DNA of 64,000 nucleotides from a virus: IMG/VR virus record IMGVR_UViG_3300010413_002950, positions 26,088-90,087 of that record; one strand, written 5' to 3'. Below the pieces are notes generated by a model, which did no database searches, was not told the DNA's origin, and saw nothing but the letters and a program-made list of their open reading frames with translations. A program made the translations under genes and the position numbers. How positions within the stretch are numbered: position 1 is the stretch's first letter; every line of letters begins with the position of its first letter. Shown in pieces: positions 9,574 through 17,706 of the stretch.

Positions 9574-11004
9574 TCAGTTATAAAAATTCTCCACAAGGTA
9601 ATCAACAATCTCTTTCATGCTATCACTCATACCTAAATCGCCCGGTTGCTCTTTCTCATGTCTAGCTGCTACCTGGTAAGTCATTAGCTCACGATCTGTC
9701 ATCTTCAACGCTTTATCAAAACCTCCTGATCTTAGCGCATCTCTAAAGCCCCTGTCAAGTTCTCCGATAAAAGAATGTCCATATTCTTCATTTTGCTTTT
9801 TTCCATTCTTTCTACTTTTTCCATTAGTTTTAGAAAATGCAATATTTGCAGCTTCTATCTGCTTGTCTCCAGACAAGAATGTCATGGTAGGAAAATCCAA
9901 GTTTGTAAAATTGTTTTCAACCCAATAGCCAATATATTTTTCTGGCCTGATATTTTGCTCAAGGCAATATATTGCAAGTTTGATACACGCTGGTTGAATA
10001 TGTTTTCCATCTGGCGGTAGCCCATTTCCGGTTTCTCGATATTTCTCAGCACAGTATACACGCAAAAATTCTTCATGCAAGTCAGCTTCAAGCTTTTTCT
10101 TCTTTTGCGTAAAAGCTTTTTTCTTAGAGTCAAGAATTGTAAGCATGGTATTTCTATTAGCTTCATCCGTAGCAAATAGCTCATCCTTGCTCTGGCTAAG
10201 GTCTGGAGTGGGTAGCGAATTGTTTTTCAATCTGCTTTTAGCTTTTTCCTTAGCTTCAGCCAATCGCTTTTTCTTTTTCTCAAGAGATGGGTTTCGTTTT
10301 TTTGGTTTTGAAGGAGGTTGAGAATTAGATTTAGGATCGTCCTCCTTGGAGGCATCACAACTCGTTGTGATAACGTTTTCCATATCTTTAGATATAGCTT
10401 TAAGCTTTAATTCTTTTTCTTCTTTAACTTTAATGTTAATTTTAAGGCTTGAATTCGGTTTAACTTGCTCGCAAGTTGCGCGCAAGTTGTCAGCCATATT
10501 AAAATAGCTTTTCCCAAAGCATAATAAGAAGGCTTCAATTGTTTCTAAAATCTCTATTTTTAAAGCACAATTTGGTATATCGTTCCAAGCATAAATCCAC
10601 GTTCTAACTGTATTCAAATTGTGGGGTGGATTATCGAATAAAGACATGGGAACAAATATCAATCCAACGTCCCAATCTGCTTTTGAAAGATAAGAAATCT
10701 TTAAATTTTTTGAAAAATCTTTAAAATTCTTAAAATTTAAAATCGGTTTAACTTGCGCGCAACTTGCTCGCAACTCGTCAAAGTGTTTTTCAAGAGTCGG
10801 AATATCCCACCCCAATCTTGATGCTAACCCACCCTTTGTAATATTAATTATTCCTGGTATCATGCCATTTTCAGAACAGGTTAATAGGTATAGAAATAAG
10901 GTTTGAGCATCTCCCTTAGATCTGCTTAAATTTCTAAAATTCTCGTCTGTCCAGATGGTAGGATATATCTTTTTATATCTTCTTTTAGTTTGTTTTTGCT
11001 TCAT
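9574..11004 (-). CDS. phage replication initiator (N-terminal wHTH)
   Basis: YKKIYPTIWTDENFRNLS...TLFLYLLT N-terminus typical of phage replication organisers; upstream of DnaC-like gene; internal iteron-like repeats. Confidence 0.75.
   Translation of the reverse strand: MKQKQTKRRYKKIYPTIWTDENFRNLSRSKGDAQTLFLYLLTCSENGMIPGIINITKGGLASRLGWDIPTLEKHFDELRASCAQVKPILNFKNFKDFSKNLKISYLSKADWDVGLIFVPMSLFDNPPHNLNTVRTWIYAWNDIPNCALKIEILETIEAFLLCFGKSYFNMADNLRATCEQVKPNSSLKINIKVKEEKELKLKAISKDMENVITTSCDASKEDDPKSNSQPPSKPKKRNPSLEKKKKRLAEAKEKAKSRLKNNSLPTPDLSQSKDELFATDEANRNTMLTILDSKKKAFTQKKKKLEADLHEEFLRVYCAEKYRETGNGLPPDGKHIQPACIKLAIYCLEQNIRPEKYIGYWVENNFTNLDFPTMTFLSGDKQIEAANIAFSKTNGKSRKNGKKQNEEYGHSFIGELDRGFRDALRSGGFDKALKMTDRELMTYQVAARHEKEQPGDLGMSDSMKEIVDYLVENFYN
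10455..10780. repeat. candidate replication origin: two ~38-bp iteron clusters flanking an AT-rich tract
   Basis: TCGGTTTAACTTGC(T/G)CGCAA(G/C)TTGC(G/T)CGCAA at 10455-10492 and 10743-10780, built from 11-bp units; AT-rich stretch at 10681-10743. Confidence 0.65.
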
Positions 11005-11015
11005 TTTTTCTCCAT

Positions 11016-11330
11016 TTACAAGTTAATGAACCTATTAAAGCCACTTAGTAAACACCTATACTGTAATTTTACAATACTAGGCTGATATGGCTTTTCAAAT
11101 TCTATATCTATATAGCCCTTTCTTTTAAGCTCTTTCAATACATCATATAACCCCCTATAGGTATAACCTAGATCTTCGGCTAATTTGCTCATACCTCTAG
11201 CTAATTCCTTATCAGAATAGAGGTGTAGCCGGATCCAAACAGCAAAAGCTGAAGATTTTAGCTCCTTATAGGCTACCTCTATAGTCTTGTGATTGCTTTT
11301 AGGGCTGTATTTATATTTTACTCTAAGCAT
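11016..11330 (-). CDS. winged HTH DNA-binding protein
   Basis: MSKLAEDLGYTYRGLYDVLKELKRKGYI helix-turn-helix pattern. Confidence 0.75.
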   Translation of the reverse strand: MLRVKYKYSPKSNHKTIEVAYKELKSSAFAVWIRLHLYSDKELARGMSKLAEDLGYTYRGLYDVLKELKRKGYIDIEFEKPYQPSIVKLQYRCLLSGFNRFINL

Positions 11331-13665
11331 AATTATCCAGTATTTCTATATCGAATTCTTTCTCAGATCGATAAACTGATAGTCTATCTCTAGAGTGCTG
11401 AGCAAAATATTTATGTGTCATATCTGCAAAATCAACAAACACTGCATCTTTTTTACCTTTACAAAGTGTAAGACATCGTAGCCTCTGGTACGTGGTTTTT
11501 ATGTTTTTGCCACCTTCTGCGTTGATCACACAATCAATTTCTGGGATATCTACGCCCTCAGATAAAACAGTGCCGATAAGCGCAGAGATATGGCCTTTTC
11601 TAAAGCTCTCTATAATCTCTGCTCTTTTAGGTGCTGGGGTAGCTCCAACAATTCGCTCACAGGAAATAGACGAATTCATCATTTTAAAAAGCGTATCTAC
11701 TTGCTCCAACCTATTGGATACAATTACCACTTTTCTATTTTCAGTCTTGATTAACTTTTCCGTTATATCTGCAATTATCCTATTGCGAATTGGATTGCCC
11801 CAGATAGCAGCTTTAGGCAATTGCTGACTCCACCATTCATCAGATAGATCTGGCTCTCTAATTGGTATGATTAGAAATTTAGGCTTTACAAGATACCCGA
11901 GCTGAATTAGCTCGCTAACTGAAATATCTATAAGGATATCCCCAGCGCAAGCTCTAAGCCAAATAACCCCCAATTCTTCTTCATTAGAATTTTCCAGAAA
12001 TACTGTAGCAGAAAGGCCGATTTTGTAAGGAGCTGGACAGTCAAGAAGGATATTTCTCCATGCATCTCCAGAACTAAAATGATGGCAATTATGAACCAGT
12101 ATTTTATTTGCAAAATATGTATGTGTGTTTTCTACTTCTAAATTATAGACATAACCGTCTGGACACAATTGTTTAAATTTGTCAGAACTTCTTGATTTGA
12201 GAATCTCAACACTTTCCACCCTTGACCAATTAAGAAATTGTCTTTCCTTCGATCCGCAGCTTTTACCCTTAAAGTATTGTGACTTGAACCGTCTACCTCT
12301 ATCGCAATTTTTAATATTGGGTTCGCAATGTCTATCTTGTAATGACTCGGTAATCCACCCTTTACACCACATTTCGTTGGAAGAATAAATTCCATTTCCC
12401 ACCCAAGTGTTGTTGCCAATAGTAGTTGGGGCAGCGTTGGCCCTCTCCCATTTCCACCTTGAATTGGCGGCTTCCATCCATTTATTCTGTGTATTGTAGA
12501 AACCTTTGCTCGTATTTCTGGTCTTTTCATTGGATTGTTTTTTTTCATTCTTTCTGATGCATATTTCTTGTTTGTTTTTGCCATTGTTTCTGAAGAACGT
12601 TTGCTTCGATATGCTTTTGAACATTCTTTTGAACAATAGGCGTGACCATATCTTCTTAATTGATCTAATTTGCATCCACTTACAAATATTTCTTTTTTGC
12701 ACCAAAAACAATTTGTTTTTATTTCTTTTTTCATATGTGGTGTATAGCACCATATCACTGGTTGTCAAATCAATAGCGTTTTTCCAACCTGTTTGTGTAA
12801 AAATTGGATGTGTTGGTGTACAGGTTAGAACTTTATTATCTGTTTTGATTATTACCAATTGTTTGCATTTATTGCGAAAGATGTTGATTACCTTTTGTTT
12901 TTCTATTTTTTTTGTGTTTTCATTATAAGATGTTACATATTCACCAACCTTAATTGATTCTATTGGCCTTTCATCAATTATTGTTCCAGCTGGAAAACAT
13001 TCATCAACAAGCATAAGATCAACATTGTTTATAACATTGTGATATTCTGGCGTATTGCGTTTTGCTAATAGCGTCTGAGCTGTAGAAACGGTTATATCAG
13101 ATGGTTCCCATACTCCATCACCCAATATACCTATTTCTATTTCTAGGGCCTTAGACAATGCTTTCTGGCTTTGGTAGAGTAGCAATTGAGAAGGTACGAT
13201 GAATAGCGTTCTAACCCCTAGCTTTGCAACAATGGCAGAAGCAACCAACGTCTTCCCCCCTCTGGGCGGGATCTTGATAATTCCCCTACCAACAGACTTG
13301 CTATACCCATACGGCTCAGTAGCTAATTCTAGAGCTTCTTGCTGATAAGGCCGTAAGCCAGTAACTTGCTTCAATTCTAGTGTACGTTTAGGATAAACTC
13401 GTAGATCCGTCAATTGCCATTCAGCTCCATTTTTTTCTATTATGCTAATAATGTTTTCAGCTAATCCAGCTGGAGATTTGAATAGTTTTTCAGATTTGCT
13501 ATAGGTAATGAGATACTTCTTTCCATCCCATCTACCTTCTTGATAAGCTGTTGTATGCTGATAGCCACTTACATAATAGCTGGTTTTTTCTCGCATTTGC
13601 CCAAATATAGGACCAGGAACATTTCGGATATAAACATAATTGTTGTCTAGCGTTATAGATATCAT
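11323..13665 (-). CDS. superfamily 2 (UvsW/XPB-like) DNA helicase, intein-containing
   Basis: LRPYQ, Walker A PPRGGKT, DE|CHH motif II split by the intein, GLSAT, LSEGVDIP, QRLR. Confidence 0.93.
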   Translation of the reverse strand: MISITLDNNYVYIRNVPGPIFGQMREKTSYYVSGYQHTTAYQEGRWDGKKYLITYSKSEKLFKSPAGLAENIISIIEKNGAEWQLTDLRVYPKRTLELKQVTGLRPYQQEALELATEPYGYSKSVGRGIIKIPPRGGKTLVASAIVAKLGVRTLFIVPSQLLLYQSQKALSKALEIEIGILGDGVWEPSDITVSTAQTLLAKRNTPEYHNVINNVDLMLVDECFPAGTIIDERPIESIKVGEYVTSYNENTKKIEKQKVINIFRNKCKQLVIIKTDNKVLTCTPTHPIFTQTGWKNAIDLTTSDMVLYTTYEKRNKNKLFLVQKRNICKWMQIRSIKKIWSRLLFKRMFKSISKQTFFRNNGKNKQEICIRKNEKKQSNEKTRNTSKGFYNTQNKWMEAANSRWKWERANAAPTTIGNNTWVGNGIYSSNEMWCKGWITESLQDRHCEPNIKNCDRGRRFKSQYFKGKSCGSKERQFLNWSRVESVEILKSRSSDKFKQLCPDGYVYNLEVENTHTYFANKILVHNCHHFSSGDAWRNILLDCPAPYKIGLSATVFLENSNEEELGVIWLRACAGDILIDISVSELIQLGYLVKPKFLIIPIREPDLSDEWWSQQLPKAAIWGNPIRNRIIADITEKLIKTENRKVVIVSNRLEQVDTLFKMMNSSISCERIVGATPAPKRAEIIESFRKGHISALIGTVLSEGVDIPEIDCVINAEGGKNIKTTYQRLRCLTLCKGKKDAVFVDFADMTHKYFAQHSRDRLSVYRSEKEFDIEILDNYA
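12138..12734 (-). CDS. Vsr/DUF559-type PD-(D/E)xK endonuclease nested in the +1 frame inside the intein
   Basis: CFWC...YCSKEC zinc motif, NUMOD3-like basic segment (KKNNPMKRPEIRAKVS), YKIDIA...AIEVDGSSH...DRRKDNFL...GWKVLRF catalytic domain. Confidence 0.88.
   Translation of the reverse strand: MKKEIKTNCFWCKKEIFVSGCKLDQLRRYGHAYCSKECSKAYRSKRSSETMAKTNKKYASERMKKNNPMKRPEIRAKVSTIHRINGWKPPIQGGNGRGPTLPQLLLATTLGWEMEFILPTKCGVKGGLPSHYKIDIANPILKIAIEVDGSSHNTLRVKAADRRKDNFLIGQGWKVLRFSNQEVLTNLNNCVQTVMSII
12741..12768 (-). promoter_or_regulatory. putative internal promoter for the nested endonuclease
   Basis: TTGACA-N16(ending TGC)-TATACA, 6 nt upstream of ATG 12734; same geometry as the early promoter family. 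Confidence 0.6.
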
Positions 13666-13670
13666 GCCAT

Positions 13671-13699
13671 ATAATAAAGCAATTAATATACAATATCAA
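13671..13699 (-). promoter_or_regulatory. sigma70-like promoter for the replication operon
   Basis: TTGATA-N17-TATTAT 5 nt upstream of the helicase ATG. Confidence 0.55.
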
Positions 13700-13746
13700 C
13701 TACTATTTCTAGTATAATAGATTTGTAAATTTACAATTATATGAAA

Positions 13747-14202
13747 TTAGTTAGCGCAGTTGATTGTTGCGCAAAGCTCTTTTTTATCTCTAAGTCGATT
13801 CTTATTTATTCGTCTGATACGGTCACGGGCTAAATCTTTTTTACGTTCACACCCCTTATCCCATTTCTTACATTCTATTTCTTCTACAAGCCTTCTAGCT
13901 TCTCTAGATGCTATATCTTCATGCTGTCTCTCTTGAACGTCTTGAACAACGATTAATACTTTGCCTATGGTTTCTGTGTTGTTATCAACGTTTTTTGAAA
14001 GAGATTCATATTTAGTATCAGATTCTTTTTGAGCTTTTGAGATCATTTCTTCAGCTTCAGCATAAGAGACTAGCCTAAAGCCAGCATAGCCACCAGTTCC
14101 ACCAATTAGAATCATAAGAAATGTGATTACTACTTTCCAATTCGTTGTTACATGATTTCCGTTTAGCTCAAATATTTTTATTGTCGGTGGAATACTTGCC
14201 AT
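13747..14202 (-). CDS. membrane-anchored coiled-coil protein (possible lysis accessory)
   Basis: N-terminal TM helix; follows the endolysin. Confidence 0.6.
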   Translation of the reverse strand: MASIPPTIKIFELNGNHVTTNWKVVITFLMILIGGTGGYAGFRLVSYAEAEEMISKAQKESDTKYESLSKNVDNNTETIGKVLIVVQDVQERQHEDIASREARRLVEEIECKKWDKGCERKKDLARDRIRRINKNRLRDKKELCATINCAN

Positions 14203-14204
14203 AG

Positions 14205-14876
14205 TTACCTCTCATAATATTCAAAATGCATTGGATCTTTAGTTTTCCATCTTCCTCCCCAGCTAAATCCATGTTTCTCAAAAGCGTTGATAATATCTGG
14301 ATGCATATTGCCATTTGTGCCATATCTATTTTGAGACCAGTTGATATCACAAGCTATACCCCAAGAATGAAGTGATAGTGGTCTATGAATGTTGTGTGAC
14401 ATATGCCTTGGAGACCATGTTCCAAATTGATAAATCTTGTTGGCTAATCCGTGTTCTTCTATTAGGTTAAGAGCATCTGTAAAAGCATTAATCAATTTCT
14501 TATGTATCCATTTCTTTCGCACTATTGGTAAATCAATTTTTACTATATTGTCTTTTGCCCAATCATTGGTAATTTTAATATTACCATTGGTTAAATCTCT
14601 ATATTCTATCTTGCCAAATGTCTTAATTACATCTTGTGAGCTTTTAGGTATCGGCGTATCTATAGCTATTTTGTCATGTTCGTTTTGAATGACTATGTAG
14701 GTAATATTGTTTATACAACCTGTTACTAAATGGTCTTCTTGGAAATGGACTATAGCTTTTTGGGTTATAGGCCCGAAATCTCCATCTACCTTTCCCCCAT
14801 AATAGCCAAGTCTTTTTAGTTTTAGCTGAATTTCTTCAACTTCTTTGCCTTTATCGCCTATAGATAAAATTTTCAT
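14205..14876 (-). CDS. endolysin: PG-binding domain + M15 Zn peptidase
   Basis: VEEIQLKLKRLGY..GKVDGDFGPITQKAIVHFQ; SLHSWGIACDIN; WGGRW..KDPMHFE; likely start 14876. Confidence 0.9.
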   Translation of the reverse strand: MKILSIGDKGKEVEEIQLKLKRLGYYGGKVDGDFGPITQKAIVHFQEDHLVTGCINNITYIVIQNEHDKIAIDTPIPKSSQDVIKTFGKIEYRDLTNGNIKITNDWAKDNIVKIDLPIVRKKWIHKKLINAFTDALNLIEEHGLANKIYQFGTWSPRHMSHNIHRPLSLHSWGIACDINWSQNRYGTNGNMHPDIINAFEKHGFSWGGRWKTKDPMHFEYYER

Positions 14877-14880
14877 AGTC

Positions 14881-16761
14881 TTATTTTTTAGTTCTAATAG
14901 AACTCCACATGGCACCTTCATTATAGTCTTGTGGAAATCCAACTGCAACCCATTTACTATGCTCATATGTTATACCATAAGCATGTATACGATATGAATT
15001 TGCTGCAACTGCATTGTCTATACCGGTTATATCATGCCATGTTAATGCATTATCCGTTGAATATATTAATTTTCCCTGTGTTGAATTTATAACTGTTGCA
15101 ATTAACACCCCGTTGTTGTTGCTTGCAACCCTATATATATCCATACTTGAGCCACCAATGTTTACCAATGACCAACTAATTCCATCTGACGAATATTGAA
15201 TATCGCCATTGTCTCCAACGGCAACAAACACTGAACCATTCCAGCAAACACCCAAAACACGATTTGATGAAGCTGATGTTCTGCTTGTCCAAGTTATACC
15301 ATCAGGACTAGTAACAATTAATGGAGATGTTCCATTATATCCAACTGCGACAAATAACCCATTACCATAACATATATCTATAAGATCTCCCGTTATAGCT
15401 GCAGAACTACCGCGATTTGTCCATGTTGTAACAGAAGAGCTGGTAAATATTACTGCATAACCAGAAGCATCATTGGTTCCAACCGCAACAAATACTGAAC
15501 CATTTGAAGCAATACCCACAAGAGACGGTGTTCCAGACGGTGCATTACACGTTCTTAACGTCCAAGTTCCACCAGGACCATTTGTATCTGTATAATTACA
15601 GGTTACAACTGTCATGGCAGTTCCAGTTCTATATTGTCCAACTGCAACCCATTTACCACTATCTATATTTTTATCAAAAGTTACAGCATATAGATCATAT
15701 ACGCCACTTCCAGAGGCTATTTCCTGCCAGTATTTACCCTCTCTACTTATCCATAATTCTGCATCACCAGTCGGATAGTCACCAACAGCCACAAACCATT
15801 CATAATCACCTTCGGCATTATATTGAAAACCGCCACAAACAGCTTCTATAAGAGCTGCTTTGCCTGTTTCAAAAGGCCACCAATTATGTATTGCCATTAC
15901 ATCAAATTTTTGATCGCTTATATATCCCTCTAATAAATCTGACAAGCTATATGATGCTAATCGCTGATCATCAACAGACGTACCGGGAATTGTTGGTGGA
16001 TCGCCCACACCAGCTCCAGTAAGTGTGCCTATGTACCAGTAATCATCTAATGGCTCAAAATCAACATTGGCAACCCTAGCTACAGATGGACCAAGCATTA
16101 ATACAGTATAATCTGCAGCTGTAGTGCTAACTGTAGCTTGCCCCATTACTCCAGAAGTGCTTGTGTCTATTAGGTTGTTACCACCAGAATAATAGACTGT
16201 GCAAATTTCCATAGCCAAAGCTTCAGATGTAGCACCTAAAGCTGGGGTGTTTTTCCAAACAAGACATTTTCTTCCAGCATGACTTTCAGAGCTATCTGGA
16301 CATACAGAATTAACATTAAATGTGATATATGTAGTATTATCTACAACGGATGTAGGATCAGCTGATTCACCATAAAATTCAACCCATCTATCAAATTCTG
16401 GATAACCAGTTCTTGGGTTAGTCACTATTCCTTCTGGCTTTATAGCATATTTTAGAGCAACATTATACAAGATAGTATTTGAATTTTCAAATTGGACATT
16501 AGCACAATAGGTACTATCTGTAATAAGCAAGTGTCCAGATCCATCTGTGCCTTTTTTATCGGCAGTAAGATCAAATTCATCGTTGCCAGAAGCGCTAATT
16601 ATTACTTTAGAAGTTGGATCTATTGTTGCATCTTTATTGTATACCGCTGCAATAAATTCTTGCATATTGTTATTTAGATAATCTAGAAAATAATCTTTAA
16701 ATGAAGATGATCCTAATAGCCGCGTAGGTAATATGTTTATATACTTATCGTCGGTAGCCAT
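14881..16761 (-). CDS. tail fibre / receptor-binding protein with C-terminal beta-propeller-like repeats
   Basis: Repeated FVAVG...S.DG..W units; position after the baseplate genes. Confidence 0.75.
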   Translation of the reverse strand: MATDDKYINILPTRLLGSSSFKDYFLDYLNNNMQEFIAAVYNKDATIDPTSKVIISASGNDEFDLTADKKGTDGSGHLLITDSTYCANVQFENSNTILYNVALKYAIKPEGIVTNPRTGYPEFDRWVEFYGESADPTSVVDNTTYITFNVNSVCPDSSESHAGRKCLVWKNTPALGATSEALAMEICTVYYSGGNNLIDTSTSGVMGQATVSTTAADYTVLMLGPSVARVANVDFEPLDDYWYIGTLTGAGVGDPPTIPGTSVDDQRLASYSLSDLLEGYISDQKFDVMAIHNWWPFETGKAALIEAVCGGFQYNAEGDYEWFVAVGDYPTGDAELWISREGKYWQEIASGSGVYDLYAVTFDKNIDSGKWVAVGQYRTGTAMTVVTCNYTDTNGPGGTWTLRTCNAPSGTPSLVGIASNGSVFVAVGTNDASGYAVIFTSSSVTTWTNRGSSAAITGDLIDICYGNGLFVAVGYNGTSPLIVTSPDGITWTSRTSASSNRVLGVCWNGSVFVAVGDNGDIQYSSDGISWSLVNIGGSSMDIYRVASNNNGVLIATVINSTQGKLIYSTDNALTWHDITGIDNAVAANSYRIHAYGITYEHSKWVAVGFPQDYNEGAMWSSIRTKK

Positions 16762-16773
16762 AGCAACCTCTTT

Positions 16774-17136
16774 CTAGTACTGTTTTGGCAATTTCTTTAC
16801 AGACAAACTCATATACAGTGCTGTAGGAGGTGTAGCCGATGTAAAATCAAACTTAATTTTATAATACTTGTTTGGAGTATCTAGCTCTTGCTCCCCAGTT
16901 GCTGCAGTTCCAGCTGGATTAGTATCAAAGGTAGCAGCTGTTTCCCACCAGCCAATTGGATCGCCAGCTGGATCTTCATCGTTTGTAGTCCAAACTTCAA
17001 AATCTCCAGTTAGATTATCTAACCAATTATAGATTACACTAATGCTATTTACCGTTCTACAATCTATAACGGGGCTTTCAAGATCGCCAGTTGGATTTTT
17101 TAGTTCAAAAAGATAGCCATTTGTTATTCCGTACAT
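16774..17136 (-). CDS. virion protein, paralog of the N-terminal domain of 17706..19205
   Basis: MYG.T.GY.F...GDFEVW...FDTNPAGT...PNKYY.IKFD shared between the two. Confidence 0.75.
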   Translation of the reverse strand: MYGITNGYLFELKNPTGDLESPVIDCRTVNSISVIYNWLDNLTGDFEVWTTNDEDPAGDPIGWWETAATFDTNPAGTAATGEQELDTPNKYYKIKFDFTSATPPTALYMSLSVKKLPKQY

Positions 17137-17166
17137 TTTTTGCTCCCTATTTCTAAAATTTAATTT

Positions 17167-17706
17167 TTATTTCGTAATCTCCACGACTGATACAGTTGGA
17201 TTTTTGGATATCACATTAGGCATGTCAACCCCGCCTATCGTGCCCTCTATTGACGGCTCGGCGCTCGTTACGGTTAGGTCACCTAGTACCCATGGTGTTG
17301 CTACAGACGGCAACTTTGCCGGTACAGTGCCCACAGCAAAAGTGTATACCAGATCGGTAAACGGTTTTGGTTGGCCTGATGTCGGATCTAGTCGAGTCCC
17401 AGATAGCCGATACGTGAGACACGCTGTTCCAAGATCCGATAGCTTTACCCCTGCATTAGTTGGATCAAGTTCTGCCAGCTTCGCGTCTTCAGAGCATACT
17501 AGATATCGGCCGTCAGCAAGCTGTTTGCAAAATGCCACCACTTGATTCGGGCCTCGCATCCATTTGGTGTTTACGCCGGGCACAAAGTCTCCGTATGCTG
17601 TGATATAACCATCTGCTTTCTCAACATCTAACGCGCCGGGTATCACAGGCACAGTCTGCCCAGCCTGATTTGATGTTTCCGGTAGTGTGAGTATCTTGTA
17701 GTTCAT
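17167..17706 (-). CDS. hypothetical protein, possible fibre chaperone; higher GC
   Basis: TGATG coupling to the fibre gene; start ATG 17706. Confidence 0.65.
   Translation of the reverse strand: MNYKILTLPETSNQAGQTVPVIPGALDVEKADGYITAYGDFVPGVNTKWMRGPNQVVAFCKQLADGRYLVCSEDAKLAELDPTNAGVKLSDLGTACLTYRLSGTRLDPTSGQPKPFTDLVYTFAVGTVPAKLPSVATPWVLGDLTVTSAEPSIEGTIGGVDMPNVISKNPTVSVVEITK

Larger units (their letters stand above)
12088..12999 (-). mobile_element. 304-aa intein inserted in helicase motif II
   Basis: Begins CFPAGT, block B CTPTHPIF, ends VYNLEVENTHTYFANKILVHN followed by +1 Cys; excision restores DECHH. Confidence 0.95.

Noticed and set aside
12138-12758. Nested nuclease explained as a simple frameshifted pseudogene or sequencing error
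   Set aside because: The helicase/intein frame is uninterrupted, and the nested frame has its own ATG, stop and promoter-like element. An artefact would need two compensating errors plus ~200 stop-free codons. Read-level confirmation is still advisable.
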